This document shows positions 8,701 through 16,817 of a stretch of 64,000 nucleotides of DNA, piece after piece (the first letter of the stretch is position 1; the number at the start of each line of letters is the position of its first letter). The notes below the pieces were generated by a model, which made no database searches, was not told where the DNA came from, and saw nothing but the letters and a program-made list of their open reading frames with translations. Position numbers and translations under genes: made by a program. The DNA is taken from the NCBI GenBank assembly GCA_000092065.1, contig CP000585.1; one strand, given 5' to 3'. The DNA is from Ostreococcus lucimarinus. Lineage: Eukaryota.

Positions 8701-9430
8701 CCCATCGCGCCAGAAACTCTCCGTTAAAAATGATCGGAATCTGCGCGCCGGCGTCGTCTTCGTTTCTAAGCGCGCACATGAAGAACGTCGACTCACCGGT
8801 GGTGATGATCGGACTCACAGCCTCTAAAATACCTCGATGACACGCCCCTAATTTCCCGTTCAACGCTCGAGCGTCGTTCGCCACGCCATCCTCGTCTTCC
8901 AACGGTCCGCAAGCCAAGGACTCCTCGAATCCGTCGTCGTCGTACGCGCGTTCGACGCAGTTCGCCTCGACGACGACGGCGTCTCCATTCCTCGCGTCTG
9001 TCACGACGACGAAATCTCGCACGCAAACGACGCGTCCTAAATCATGTGCCTTCACGTCCACGCTCGCCAGGCGCACCTCCGCGCCGCCGTCTTCGTCTTT
9101 GTCTTTCGCCGTCCACGTCCACCCCCCGCTCGCGTCGTCTCTTCTTCGCAACCCGAGCGTCGCGCGCATGACGACGCCTTTGACGTCCGCGTTCGAGTTG
9201 GCACCGCGCAGTATCTCGCCCACCGTTCGCACGGCGTCGACGTCTCCGCGCGTCTTTCTCGTCGTCGTCGTCGTCGTCGTCGTCGCTTCGTCGTCGCCGC
9301 GCCTCCCACATCCGTCGCGTCGTCCGTCGCCTTCGCGCCGTCCCGTCTTTGACGCCCTCGGCGCGTCGTCGACTCGGTCGTCGTCCGCGTCGTCGCGCGG
9401 CGGCGGCGTCCCTCGCACCGCGATCGCCAT
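5771..9430 (-). CDS. Large OB-fold protein with C-terminal RPA70 DBD-C-like zinc ribbon; candidate CTC1 (CST complex) homolog
   Basis: ORF 5771..9478 (TTG at 9478 is not a start; first ATG 9430, MAIAVRG). 1219 aa. C-terminal CCPACGCD...CDVC four-Cys ribbon followed by VILDDGTAQADCWLTGEAGMAL resembles RPA70 DBD-C (C4 ribbon then L.L.DhTG...vTaFdE); the size matches plant CTC1 (~1270 aa). Assignment is by pattern only. Confidence 0.45.
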   Translation of the reverse strand: MAIAVRGTPPPRDDADDDRVDDAPRASKTGRREGDGRRDGCGRRGDDEATTTTTTTTRKTRGDVDAVRTVGEILRGANSNADVKGVVMRATLGLRRRDDASGGWTWTAKDKDEDGGAEVRLASVDVKAHDLGRVVCVRDFVVVTDARNGDAVVVEANCVERAYDDDGFEESLACGPLEDEDGVANDARALNGKLGACHRGILEAVSPIITTGESTFFMCALRNEDDAGAQIPIIFNGEFLARWECILRQCVGSRVEMRNLRKVVLFKGDATHELRAFSATAEFHVVSLTFGERRVRRCACACAMCGAGATVDRFEGHVVSVRTSRAYAILRDAQGRDVKLTFTHVPLVDSKIVVSGLRVGARVVVTHAHPVWRVDEYNERVVETLGVDLRTQIVIKRTSTENASEGETEMYSDNADEKANRFSRVLKYVVEQSNFVYAEAAAAWREVFETNFDILNDSRLIDVASAEYALGKTGEASDEQTAAPLLLAMHDLGSKAFKRADVYREFFAPTPLGGESISNFDVPTINSLKDAVFEKWKDENKVAAACKRGSTRNEGKVVIRATGRLGEVDPPRYVMGILRCMYGRLHVVDASGAVELCIESFLKRAPAPSMLNKLVVLRECEIMCEGAYVGSRADALNHHNASVRVSLCVDSDNIVVIQNPTSSAKSESHGTMYVAVNSATKGAQLLPPRLASSKFSHPIVAPTWTFTIDASSEVKQRTSIQVYTAQGGVKTLDGVIVNTTHESRSSGRIAVSFGPKNSWFCLLRHGTTYLIPIVPTLNSGATTFIVDERPDVDAFVLPDDEDDEMTATPEVRDVRDVLVWGKVFAKHLSSADSWQPSPELVSFRCIIVAEEWFESENRRESQSQFGWEPRFKVQDVETHDVVDVYCKTSAFSLPVGVGIGAKITIHRAMRHLSAASMNIYVKLNPGVTTIEIHERCASTSEYLPLLTNISMRQSIRALFDEEMRNSGERLVISRRTFAVRARVVSVSMLTVRWCCPACGCDAGSLMHVSVNPATGATKRRLPAVLAGCDVCRPSARGTSRPGVFEVEASVILDDGTAQADCWLTGEAGMALTPLEVRNEILAIVKKHGRVTSRLIKSSDEERDLGAVTGGHVVRGHASNVLGGKDSAAVRTAVSYATSLNEMIFECRKQYRYHDGEDSSSPPHASAFSFAIDPKPREVRVGEYAISTNCLPMLRFWSASAIPTRPKEELMMRLSQIKLT

Positions 9431-9497
9431 CGCGCGCGCCGTCGCGCGCGCCGTCGTCTGTCGCGTGCCCGGTTTCAAATCGAATCGACCGTCGCCT

Positions 9498-9506
9498 AAA
9501 CCCTAA
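9498..9506. promoter_or_regulatory. Telo-box (AAACCCTAA) within a two-unit interstitial telomere-like motif CCTAAACCCTAAAC in the CTC1-like/RFC3 bidirectional promoter
   Basis: Exact AAACCCTAA at 9498-9506, located in the 236-bp spacer between divergent start codons 9430 (-) and 9667 (+). Confidence 0.4.
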
Positions 9507-9666
9507 ACACCCGGATGTGCGGGCGCGCAATTTGAAATCGACAGACTCGGCGCGCCCGTCGCGGGCCGGCGCGATGCGCGGCCCGCGCGCCGCCGCACTC
9601 GAGGACGCGCGCGATCGTCGTCGACGTCGAACGTCGAAGAAAAAGCGAACCTCGAAGCCGCGCGCG

Positions 9667-10734
9667 ATGCTGTGGGTGGATAAACACCGCCCGCACGCCC
9701 TGGGCGAGTGCGACGCGATCAACACGGCGCAGGCGAAACATTTGAAGCTGCTGATCGCGAATGGGGACTGCCCGCACTTGTTCTTTTACGGGCCGTCGGG
9801 GGCGGGGAAGAAGACGCTCGCGCTCGGGGTTTTACGCGAAATCTTCGGACCGGGCGCGGAGAAGGTGAAGTTGGAGAACAAGACGTGGAAGATTGACCAA
9901 AACGATCGAAAGATTGAAGTCGAGTTGGCGATGATGTCGAGCAACCATCACTGCGAGATGAATCCGAGCGATTGCGGGAGCAAGGATCGGTACGTGGTGC
10001 AAGAAGTGATCAAAGAAATGGCGCGATCGAGACCGATCGACAGCGATGGGTGCGAGGGGTTTAAGGTTTTAGTGCTCACCGAAGTCGACCGGCTGTCGCG
10101 CGAGGCGCAGTATGGCTTGAGACGCACGATGGAAAAGTATAGCGCGTCGTGTCGGTTGTTTCTCATCGCCGAGAGACCGAGTCGAGTGATGGATGCGTTA
10201 CAATCGCGGTGCTTGCCCGTGCGAGTGCCCGGGCCGAGGGTTGAAGAGATTGAAAATTTGTTACACGACGTGGCGAAGAAGGAAAAGTTGGAGCTGCCTC
10301 CAGAGCTCGCGACGCGCGTCGCGACGGCCAGCGGACGGAACATGCGGCGGGCGTTATTGGCTTTGGAGACGTGCAGAGTCAACTCGTACCCGTTCAAACC
10401 TACACAAGCGGTGCAGACGACGGATTGGGAGTTGTACATTAACCAGATTGGCGCCGAGATCTTAGCTGAGCAGTCACCGGCGAGGCTGTTGCAAGTGCGA
10501 GGACGTCTGTACGAACTCATCGTCAACTGCATTCCGCCCGAAATAATCTTGCAGAACCTCGCCAAGGCTCTGATGCGTCGCGTTGACGTCGAAGTTAAGC
10601 ATCAAATCGTGTTTTGGGCCGCCCACTTTGATGTTCGCATGCAACGCGGATCCAAAGCCATCATGCACTTGGAAGCGTTCGTCGCGCAATTCATGGCGCT
10701 CTACAAGTCGCATTTGATCAAGGCGTTTGGCTAG
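9667..10734 (+). CDS. RFC3: Replication factor C small subunit (RFC3/38-kDa subunit type)
   Basis: 355 aa from MLWVDKHRPHAL; Walker A FYGPSGAGKKT, DEVD-like VLTEVDRL, SRC motif (QSRCLPVRV), RFC box architecture. Confidence 0.85.
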   Translation: MLWVDKHRPHALGECDAINTAQAKHLKLLIANGDCPHLFFYGPSGAGKKTLALGVLREIFGPGAEKVKLENKTWKIDQNDRKIEVELAMMSSNHHCEMNPSDCGSKDRYVVQEVIKEMARSRPIDSDGCEGFKVLVLTEVDRLSREAQYGLRRTMEKYSASCRLFLIAERPSRVMDALQSRCLPVRVPGPRVEEIENLLHDVAKKEKLELPPELATRVATASGRNMRRALLALETCRVNSYPFKPTQAVQTTDWELYINQIGAEILAEQSPARLLQVRGRLYELIVNCIPPEIILQNLAKALMRRVDVEVKHQIVFWAAHFDVRMQRGSKAIMHLEAFVAQFMALYKSHLIKAFG

Positions 10735-10901
10735 ACGGAAATTCATTAGTTTGTGACAAGGGACGACCATAGCGGATTGGTAATGATATGATTTACAAAA
10801 TTGTACTCGGTGCACCCGTCGTCGTCGTTTCGTGCGCGCCTCGTTGACCCGCTTCCCGCTCGTCGTTTGTTTTTTGAAAAACGACGGCGCGCTTATGCTC
10901 T

Positions 10902-11936
10902 TCACTTACCCTTTTCGGCATCTCCTAACAGCGGGGAAGTTTCGGAAGTCTCTCCCTTTCTGGCGCGCCCCTGAGTGCAAATGCCCATGTACACGAAGAG
11001 TAACGCGACGCCGATGGCGATGTAGTTGCTGTAGTTGGAGAAATCAAACGAGTGCGCGCCGGCGCTCGCGGCGGCGTTCACCTTCGTGCCGACGGCGAGG
11101 ACCCAAATGTCCGGCACGTACTTGGCGACCACCTTCGCGGAACCGCCAGCAGCCAATGGAACGGCCCAGTTACACGCGGCCGAGGCCGTGTCCGCACACT
11201 CAGTGACTCCGCCGGCGACGAAGATGGCGAAGGAGGCGCCGACGGCGACCAACGCGCCGCCGACGAAGGAAAACAAAATCCCAAGTTTGTCCGTGGTAAA
11301 CGGCGTCACCAAATAAAGACCACCGATAGCGCCGACAACGTTGATCACGATCGTCGCCGAGATGGGCACGTCGTCAACGATGTGGTTCGTGACCGAAGAG
11401 ATACCGACGGCGCACATCAAACCGACGACGACGCCGAACAACTTATAGACGTTCGCCGCCACGCTCACCAAAATCAACGCCACGACGGCGGCGCTGCCGT
11501 AGTTGACGTAATCGTTGTCCGGAATCGTCACCGAGTCGCCGAGCACGTTCGGTACGAGATCTCGCAACAGATCGATCGCCATCAAACCGAGCCACACGCC
11601 GAAGCCCGCGACGAGGGCGAGCGTCAACTTTTGGTCGTGCTTCCGTCCCGCCAACGCGAGCGCGATGCCGACCGGAAGCGCGGCGACGCCGATCGTGGTC
11701 TCGATCGCGCGGCTCTCAAAGTATTCCTTCACCAACGCCGCTCGCGTGACGTTCGTCGCCCACGACGCCGCGGCGTCGGACGCATGCGCCTGGGTGTTGA
11801 CACCGGCGTCCGCGTTCGCGAAGGCGTCGGGCGCGGCGTCCGCGTTCGCGTTCGCGGCGTCACCGCCGCCCGGCGCGTCTTGTCCGATCGCCGCCGCGCG
11901 CTCGGCGCGGTGTCGCGGTAACGATCGGCTCGGCAT
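10902..11936 (-). CDS. Multi-pass membrane protein, function unknown
   Basis: 344-aa ORF with at least 7 hydrophobic helices (e.g. VAALPVGIALALAG, GFGVWLGLMAIDLL, GSAAVVALILVSVAANVY); convergent with RFC3. Confidence 0.45.
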   Translation of the reverse strand: MPSRSLPRHRAERAAAIGQDAPGGGDAANANADAAPDAFANADAGVNTQAHASDAAASWATNVTRAALVKEYFESRAIETTIGVAALPVGIALALAGRKHDQKLTLALVAGFGVWLGLMAIDLLRDLVPNVLGDSVTIPDNDYVNYGSAAVVALILVSVAANVYKLFGVVVGLMCAVGISSVTNHIVDDVPISATIVINVVGAIGGLYLVTPFTTDKLGILFSFVGGALVAVGASFAIFVAGGVTECADTASAACNWAVPLAAGGSAKVVAKYVPDIWVLAVGTKVNAAASAGAHSFDFSNYSNYIAIGVALLFVYMGICTQGRARKGETSETSPLLGDAEKGK

Positions 11937-11956
11937 CGTCGCAGAGTGGAGCCGAC

Positions 11957-12952
11957 GTGTGGTGTTCGCCGCCCCGGCGCGCGGGCGGTCGGTCGGGCGA
12001 CGACCTCGACGACCGTCGTCACGACGCGGCGCTCGACGCGAGATCGACCGAAGCGATGACGGACGCGATGGAGGGCGTCGAAGCCGCGGCCGCGGCGTCG
12101 ATGGCGGCCGCGCGGGCGGTGAGCGCGCGCGTCGGCGGCGCGAACGCGAACGCGAACGCGGACGCGAGCGCGAATGCGGCGAACGGCGATGACGCGCGCG
12201 CGACGACGGACGATCGCATGGACGACGGCGAGGGCGAACGATCGAGGCGAGGACGAGGCTCGCGCGCGCGGCGACGGGGCGACGAAGAGAGCGGCGAAGG
12301 CGGGAACCGAGGACGGGTGTCGGTGTTGGATCGATTGGGGAAGACGAATCAGAATCAACCGTCGAGACGAGGGAACGACCGAGGAGGTGGGACGTTCAAG
12401 CGACGAGGCGAAGATTCCAGGCAAAGAAGAGACCGTCGCGATGATATCGATCGACGATACCGCGATGACGACCGACGGGGCTATCGCGGACCGCCGCGCG
12501 GACCGCCGCCGCTTCCTCGCGGACCGCCGCCGGGACCGTGCCGGATTGAAAAGCGAGAAGCAGACGGCGTCGTCATCGCGCGCGCGTTCGGCGCAGAGAT
12601 CATTCAAGTGTCACCCACGGGAGAGATGTGTTTGCGCCGTCCGACGGACGCCGCGAGCGATGGACCGCGTTGCGATACTGAGGTGCTGAACGCGTTCAAC
12701 TCGTGCTTGAATAAGTTTGGATTCAAGGTTTCGGCGTCACCCGCCGATCAAACGCAGTGGAGTTTATCGGACGGTAAACGCCTCTCGAGATTTGTGGACG
12801 GTGTCATCGTGCCCGCGCCGGTACCACCGGGCCCAGGGCGTGGACTGGCGATGATGCTGACGGCGCCCGTGGGCGGCGGTCGAGGCGGCGGTCGAGGCGG
12901 GTTTTCGCGCGGTGGTCGCGGCGGTCGCGGTGGGATGATGATGATGTTCTGA
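11957..12952 (+). CDS. Arg/Gly-rich (RGG-box, RD-repeat) protein, possibly RNA-binding
   Basis: 331-aa ORF; RDRRDDIDRRYRDDDRRGYRGPPRGPPP then GGGRGGGRGGFSRGGRGGRGG C-terminal RGG box; start uncertain (an alternative ATG lies ~100 bp downstream). Confidence 0.4.
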   Translation: MWCSPPRRAGGRSGDDLDDRRHDAALDARSTEAMTDAMEGVEAAAAASMAAARAVSARVGGANANANADASANAANGDDARATTDDRMDDGEGERSRRGRGSRARRRGDEESGEGGNRGRVSVLDRLGKTNQNQPSRRGNDRGGGTFKRRGEDSRQRRDRRDDIDRRYRDDDRRGYRGPPRGPPPLPRGPPPGPCRIEKREADGVVIARAFGAEIIQVSPTGEMCLRRPTDAASDGPRCDTEVLNAFNSCLNKFGFKVSASPADQTQWSLSDGKRLSRFVDGVIVPAPVPPGPGRGLAMMLTAPVGGGRGGGRGGFSRGGRGGRGGMMMMF

Positions 12953-13820
12953 ATGTCCTGAATGTCCAGATGTTGTTTCATAACTTATTCTAGCGTCGTT
13001 AATCAATAATCAATGTTGCGTCGTAGACGTCGTGTGTATTTCTTTGAACGCGCGCGCGAACCACCGCTTCGCCGTCATGTATCCTCGTCCTCTTCGTACT
13101 CGAACACTCCCAAGGTGTCCATGGCATCTCTCATCGCTATTTTCGCTAAAGCCATCTGTATGCGCGACCCTGGATCGAGTCCGATCGCGCTCGTCATCGT
13201 TCTCACGCCTCGTCTCGCGACGTCCTCCGCCTCGCCTCGCCCGCGCGACGACGACCCGCCGCCGTAACCGCCTCGTCTGCCGCCACCGCCCGCGCCACCG
13301 CCGCCCGCGCCTCCTCGCGTTCCGCTCAAAAACTCTTCCAAAGCCGTCGACGCGCGTCCGTTTCCCGCGGACGTCGTCGACGCCGCGCTCCGCCCGCTCG
13401 CGACGACGCCGCGCGTCGCGCCTCGCGCGGGCGCCGTCGTCGCGCGCGTCGTCGCGCGCGTCGTCGCCGCCCCCCCCGCGCCGGCGCGCGACGCGGACGT
13501 CGCGACGACCATCGATCGTCGCGCCAGCGCGCGCGCGCGCGTCGCCCACGCCGACATCGGCCGCGGCACCGACGAGCCGTCGTCGTCGTCGTTCGAGTCG
13601 TTCGAGTCGTCGTGTCGCGCGGAAACGCGCGCGCGGCGCGCGCGTTTCCGTGACGGCCTCGGGGTTTAGGGTGTGTATCGACGGTACACCGATATCGATG
13701 TTTCACGCGCTTGAATGCGAGAGAAACGTCGCATTTAATTTAATTTCACGATCGATCGCGCGCCCCGCGACGCCCGCCCGCGACGCGCGCGCGCGTCCGT
13801 CTTTTCGTGACGCGCTCGAG

Positions 13821-14669
13821 ATGGTCAAGTTCCTCAAGGTACGTCGCGGACGATGCGGGACGATGCAAACGCATTCGTTACGCGCGCGCGTCGTTCGGGC
13901 GCACGCCGCGCGCGCGCGGACGGCGCCGACGCCGCGCGCGCGCGATCCGCGCCAGACCCTGAACGACGGGGACGCGCGCGAACGATCTTGGGACGACGGC
14001 CGCGCGGCGCGGCGCGCATCGATGCGGTCGACGCGAACGATGACTGACGCGGTTTTAATCGTATTCGCGCGCAGCCCGGTAAGGTTGTTGTCGTGCTTCA
14101 AGGCCGCTATGCGGGTAAGAAGGCTGTGATTGTGAAGAATGTGGACGATGGGTCTTCGGCTCATCCCTACGGGCACGCGCTCGTGTGCGGTCTGTCCACG
14201 ATCCCGCGCAAGGTACGTTTCGATCGCGAGCGTTATTTTCGATCGAACCCCGGCGCGACGAGCGCTCGAACGCGTTCGCGACGCGCTCAGGACGACGCGC
14301 GAGAACGTTGCATCCTCTGGTGAAAGCCCTAGACCTTTGGCGAGAGCCCGCGACGAGCTTGAAGACGAAAGACACTGACGAATTTTCGCATCTCCACGCG
14401 CGATTAAACACGCACAGGTGACGAAGAAGATGGATGAAAAGAAGCAAGCCAAGCGCTCGCGATGCAAGACGTTCATCAAGAACGTCAACTACTCTCACCT
14501 CATGCCGACGCGTTACACGCTCGACGTCGACCTCAAGAATGTCGTCACGTCCGACGCGTTGGACAACGCCACCAAGAAGGTTGCGGCGCAAAAGGAGGCG
14601 AAGAAGCTTCTCGAGGAGCGATTCAAGACTGGCAAGTCTCGTTGGTTCTTCACCCGTCTTGCCTTTTAA
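13821..14669 (+). CDS. RPL27: 60S ribosomal protein L27e (eL27), three exons: 13821..13838, 14075..14212, 14418..14669
   Basis: Exon 1 MVKFLK followed by GTACGT. Exon 2 [26 protein letters not shown]...PRK follows a CAG acceptor and is again followed by GTACGT. Exon 3 [39 protein letters not shown]...[14 protein letters not shown] follows CAG. 135 aa, collinear with human RPL27 (136 aa). Confidence 0.9.
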
Positions 14670-15061
14670 GCGTCGTGCGTCGGAGGAAGGCAATAGGCGA
14701 GAACTTAGACTTGGATGTTTGGTGAACACGATCATTAGCGGAGAAATTGGTCTCTCTCGTGTGTGATGCGCGCAACTAGATACACATTTAATGTTTTAAT
14801 GCCACATCAACACGTGAAAATCAAGATGTCGCGCGTATTGCCGCCGCAGAGTAGTTTTCAGCCCGCGACTGTCCGCGCGAGGTCGACTGGGGCGTGGGCG
14901 ACTCGTCGTTTTGTCTACGAGTTTTTTAGCTTCGTTTCACAAACACACTAACACCGCAACGCACGCGCATGCGGTCTCAAAAGTAACTATTCACGATAGG
15001 GAAACACGGGTAACACACAATTAAGCAACGTCTGGATTCGTCCAGGGTAAAGAATAAATTT

Positions 15062-16519
15062 TTACGCGGTGGCGACGCGATGGAGCATCTTGAAGTTGTC
15101 GGCGATGATCTCCGTGCTCGGAGACGAGCGGTACGTGACACCGTTTGCCTTGGCCCACGCCTTCAGTAGCGGGCGAAGTTTATGGTAGTTGTAACGCGGC
15201 ATCGTGGGGAACAAGTGATGCTCCAACTGCGTATCCATTCCGCCCCAAATCCACGTTTCCAAGCCGCCGAAGACGCACTCGGCGTCGCGCGTCGAGCGGA
15301 ATTGCCCTTCCACGTACTCTGGATTCTCACCAAACTCCATGATTTCTTCGCTCTGGTGCGTCGCACTCACGAGAGCGCCGACGAGGAAACCACTGAGCGT
15401 GATAGAGCCGACAGCCACCTGCCACGGCATCATCGTCGCCAAGAAGAGATAGTTTGCCCCGATGAAGGCGAGCTCTTTGTAATCCCTCTTCTTCCACGCG
15501 GTTTGAACCGAGTGGAATCGCCAGAGCCAAAACATAATGGATAGCAGTGGGTAGCCGTAGATGTGCTGGAACTTGCGCATGGGGTGATCCGGTCGGCCGG
15601 ACTCTTGCGGCGAGCGCAAGAAGAAGAACGGCTCCATCATGACGTCGTTGTCGAGGTGCTCTTCATTCGTAAACGAGTGGTGCATCGAGTGCTTTTGCAT
15701 CCACCACTCCACACTGTGGCCATTCAAAATAGTCGGCATGTAGCGCATCAACGAGCACCACGGCCCACGTCCGTGGACGTAGTCGTGACCCAACCAACCC
15801 GCTTGTTCCATCCCGAGTCCGAGCAAAATAGTCGCCCAGACGGGGTGCGAATACGCGAGAGCGGTTCCGCTCACGTACAGAGCGACGACTTGGAAGAGCG
15901 CCCAAGCTTCTTTGAGCGGTTGGCGCTTGAAGAATCCGTCCTCCGCGAGCTTGTCGCGCAATTCACCGAACGCCATGCTCACCGCGTACGATTTCTCATC
16001 CGGAAGGCGAGACTTGTCCGCCGGCGGGTCGCAGCGCGGAAGCTTCTTCAACCTTTGCACGGCCAAATCCGAGCCGTTGGGGCCGTACGAATGCAGCGCG
16101 TAGAACACGTCCGTGGCGTCGCGTCCATCGAAAAAGTACAGCCACCGTTCGCCGCCCGGATGCGCCTTGGCCCACCCCCGACAGTCGTACCACTCGTCTC
16201 CGATTTTCACGCGAATCGGTTCATTCTTATCCCTCCCCTCCGGCGCGTCGTACGTCGGCACCGCGAGCGGATTCGCCACCGCCCCGATCGTCTGCGCGCT
16301 TCTCCGTCTCTTCCCATCGACCGCGCTCGCGCGCTCGCGCGTCACCGCCAGCGCGCCTCGCGCGCGCCCGTCCCGCGCGCGCCCCGTCGACGTCGGCGCC
16401 GCGCGCACCGCGACGTCGGCGCGCGCGAACACGCGCGCGCGACGCGCCGATCGCGCGCCCGCGGGCGCGGTCGCGCGCGCGTTCGTGAGCATGTGCGTCG
16501 CGTTCGCCGCGCCGACCAT
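15062..16519 (-). CDS. Front-end fatty-acid desaturase with N-terminal cytochrome b5 domain (delta6/delta5/delta4-type)
   Basis: HPGG heme motif; three His boxes HDYVHGR, HSMHH (Q-K-H-S-M-H-H), QLEHHLFP with Q in the third box typical of front-end desaturases; four TM helices; N-terminal Ala/Arg-rich presequence. Confidence 0.8.
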   Translation of the reverse strand: MVGAANATHMLTNARATAPAGARSARRARVFARADVAVRAAPTSTGRARDGRARGALAVTRERASAVDGKRRRSAQTIGAVANPLAVPTYDAPEGRDKNEPIRVKIGDEWYDCRGWAKAHPGGERWLYFFDGRDATDVFYALHSYGPNGSDLAVQRLKKLPRCDPPADKSRLPDEKSYAVSMAFGELRDKLAEDGFFKRQPLKEAWALFQVVALYVSGTALAYSHPVWATILLGLGMEQAGWLGHDYVHGRGPWCSLMRYMPTILNGHSVEWWMQKHSMHHSFTNEEHLDNDVMMEPFFFLRSPQESGRPDHPMRKFQHIYGYPLLSIMFWLWRFHSVQTAWKKRDYKELAFIGANYLFLATMMPWQVAVGSITLSGFLVGALVSATHQSEEIMEFGENPEYVEGQFRSTRDAECVFGGLETWIWGGMDTQLEHHLFPTMPRYNYHKLRPLLKAWAKANGVTYRSSPSTEIIADNFKMLHRVATA

Positions 16520-16693
16520 CGGAAGCGCGCGACGACGCGCAGAGTGCGGACGCGCGCGGTTCGCGCAACGTCACGACGGCGTCGGCGCGTGGGCGCGTCG
16601 GACAGTCGGACGCGTGCGGATGACATCGAACCGTCGAATCGCGCGCGATCGATCGCGCGTCGATCGAAAGCGTCGATCGATCGACGCCCGGTC

Positions 16694-16747
16694 GATCGCC
16701 GATCGCCGATCGCCGATCGCCGATCGCCGATCGCCAATCGCCAATCG
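16694..16747. repeat. Heptamer microsatellite (GATCGCC)n, ~7.7 copies, inside a CGATCG-rich tract (16620-16750) of the desaturase/GCH1 bidirectional promoter
   Basis: gatcgcc x6 then aatcgcc x2; preceded by several cgatcg/tcgatcga palindromes. Confidence 0.85.
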
Positions 16748-16817
16748 TCGCGTCTTCGTCGCCCCGCCCGCGCGCCGCAGAAGAAGACGCCGCCTCGACG
16801 CGCCGCGCGACGCGACG

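Noticed and set aside
9495-9508. Interstitial telomere repeat as relic of a chromosome fusion
   Set aside because: Only two units, precisely in a promoter; better explained as a telo-box cis-element.
14700-15061. tRNA or other small RNA gene in the AT-richer convergent spacer after RPL27
   Set aside because: No A-box/B-box (TRGYnnA...GGTTCGAnnCC) pattern or cloverleaf-compatible complementarity seen by eye; most likely 3' UTRs of RPL27 and the desaturase.
16694-16747. CRISPR-like array / prokaryotic repeat
   Set aside because: Heptamer microsatellite without spacers; the whole window is eukaryotic nuclear DNA with spliceosomal introns and a telomere. No cas, transposase, integrase, reverse transcriptase or phage-like genes anywhere.
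16113-16817. N-terminal 230-aa extension of the GTP cyclohydrolase ORF
   Set aside because: Runs through the CGATCG promoter tract and overlaps the desaturase start on the other strand; pure Arg/Ala low complexity.
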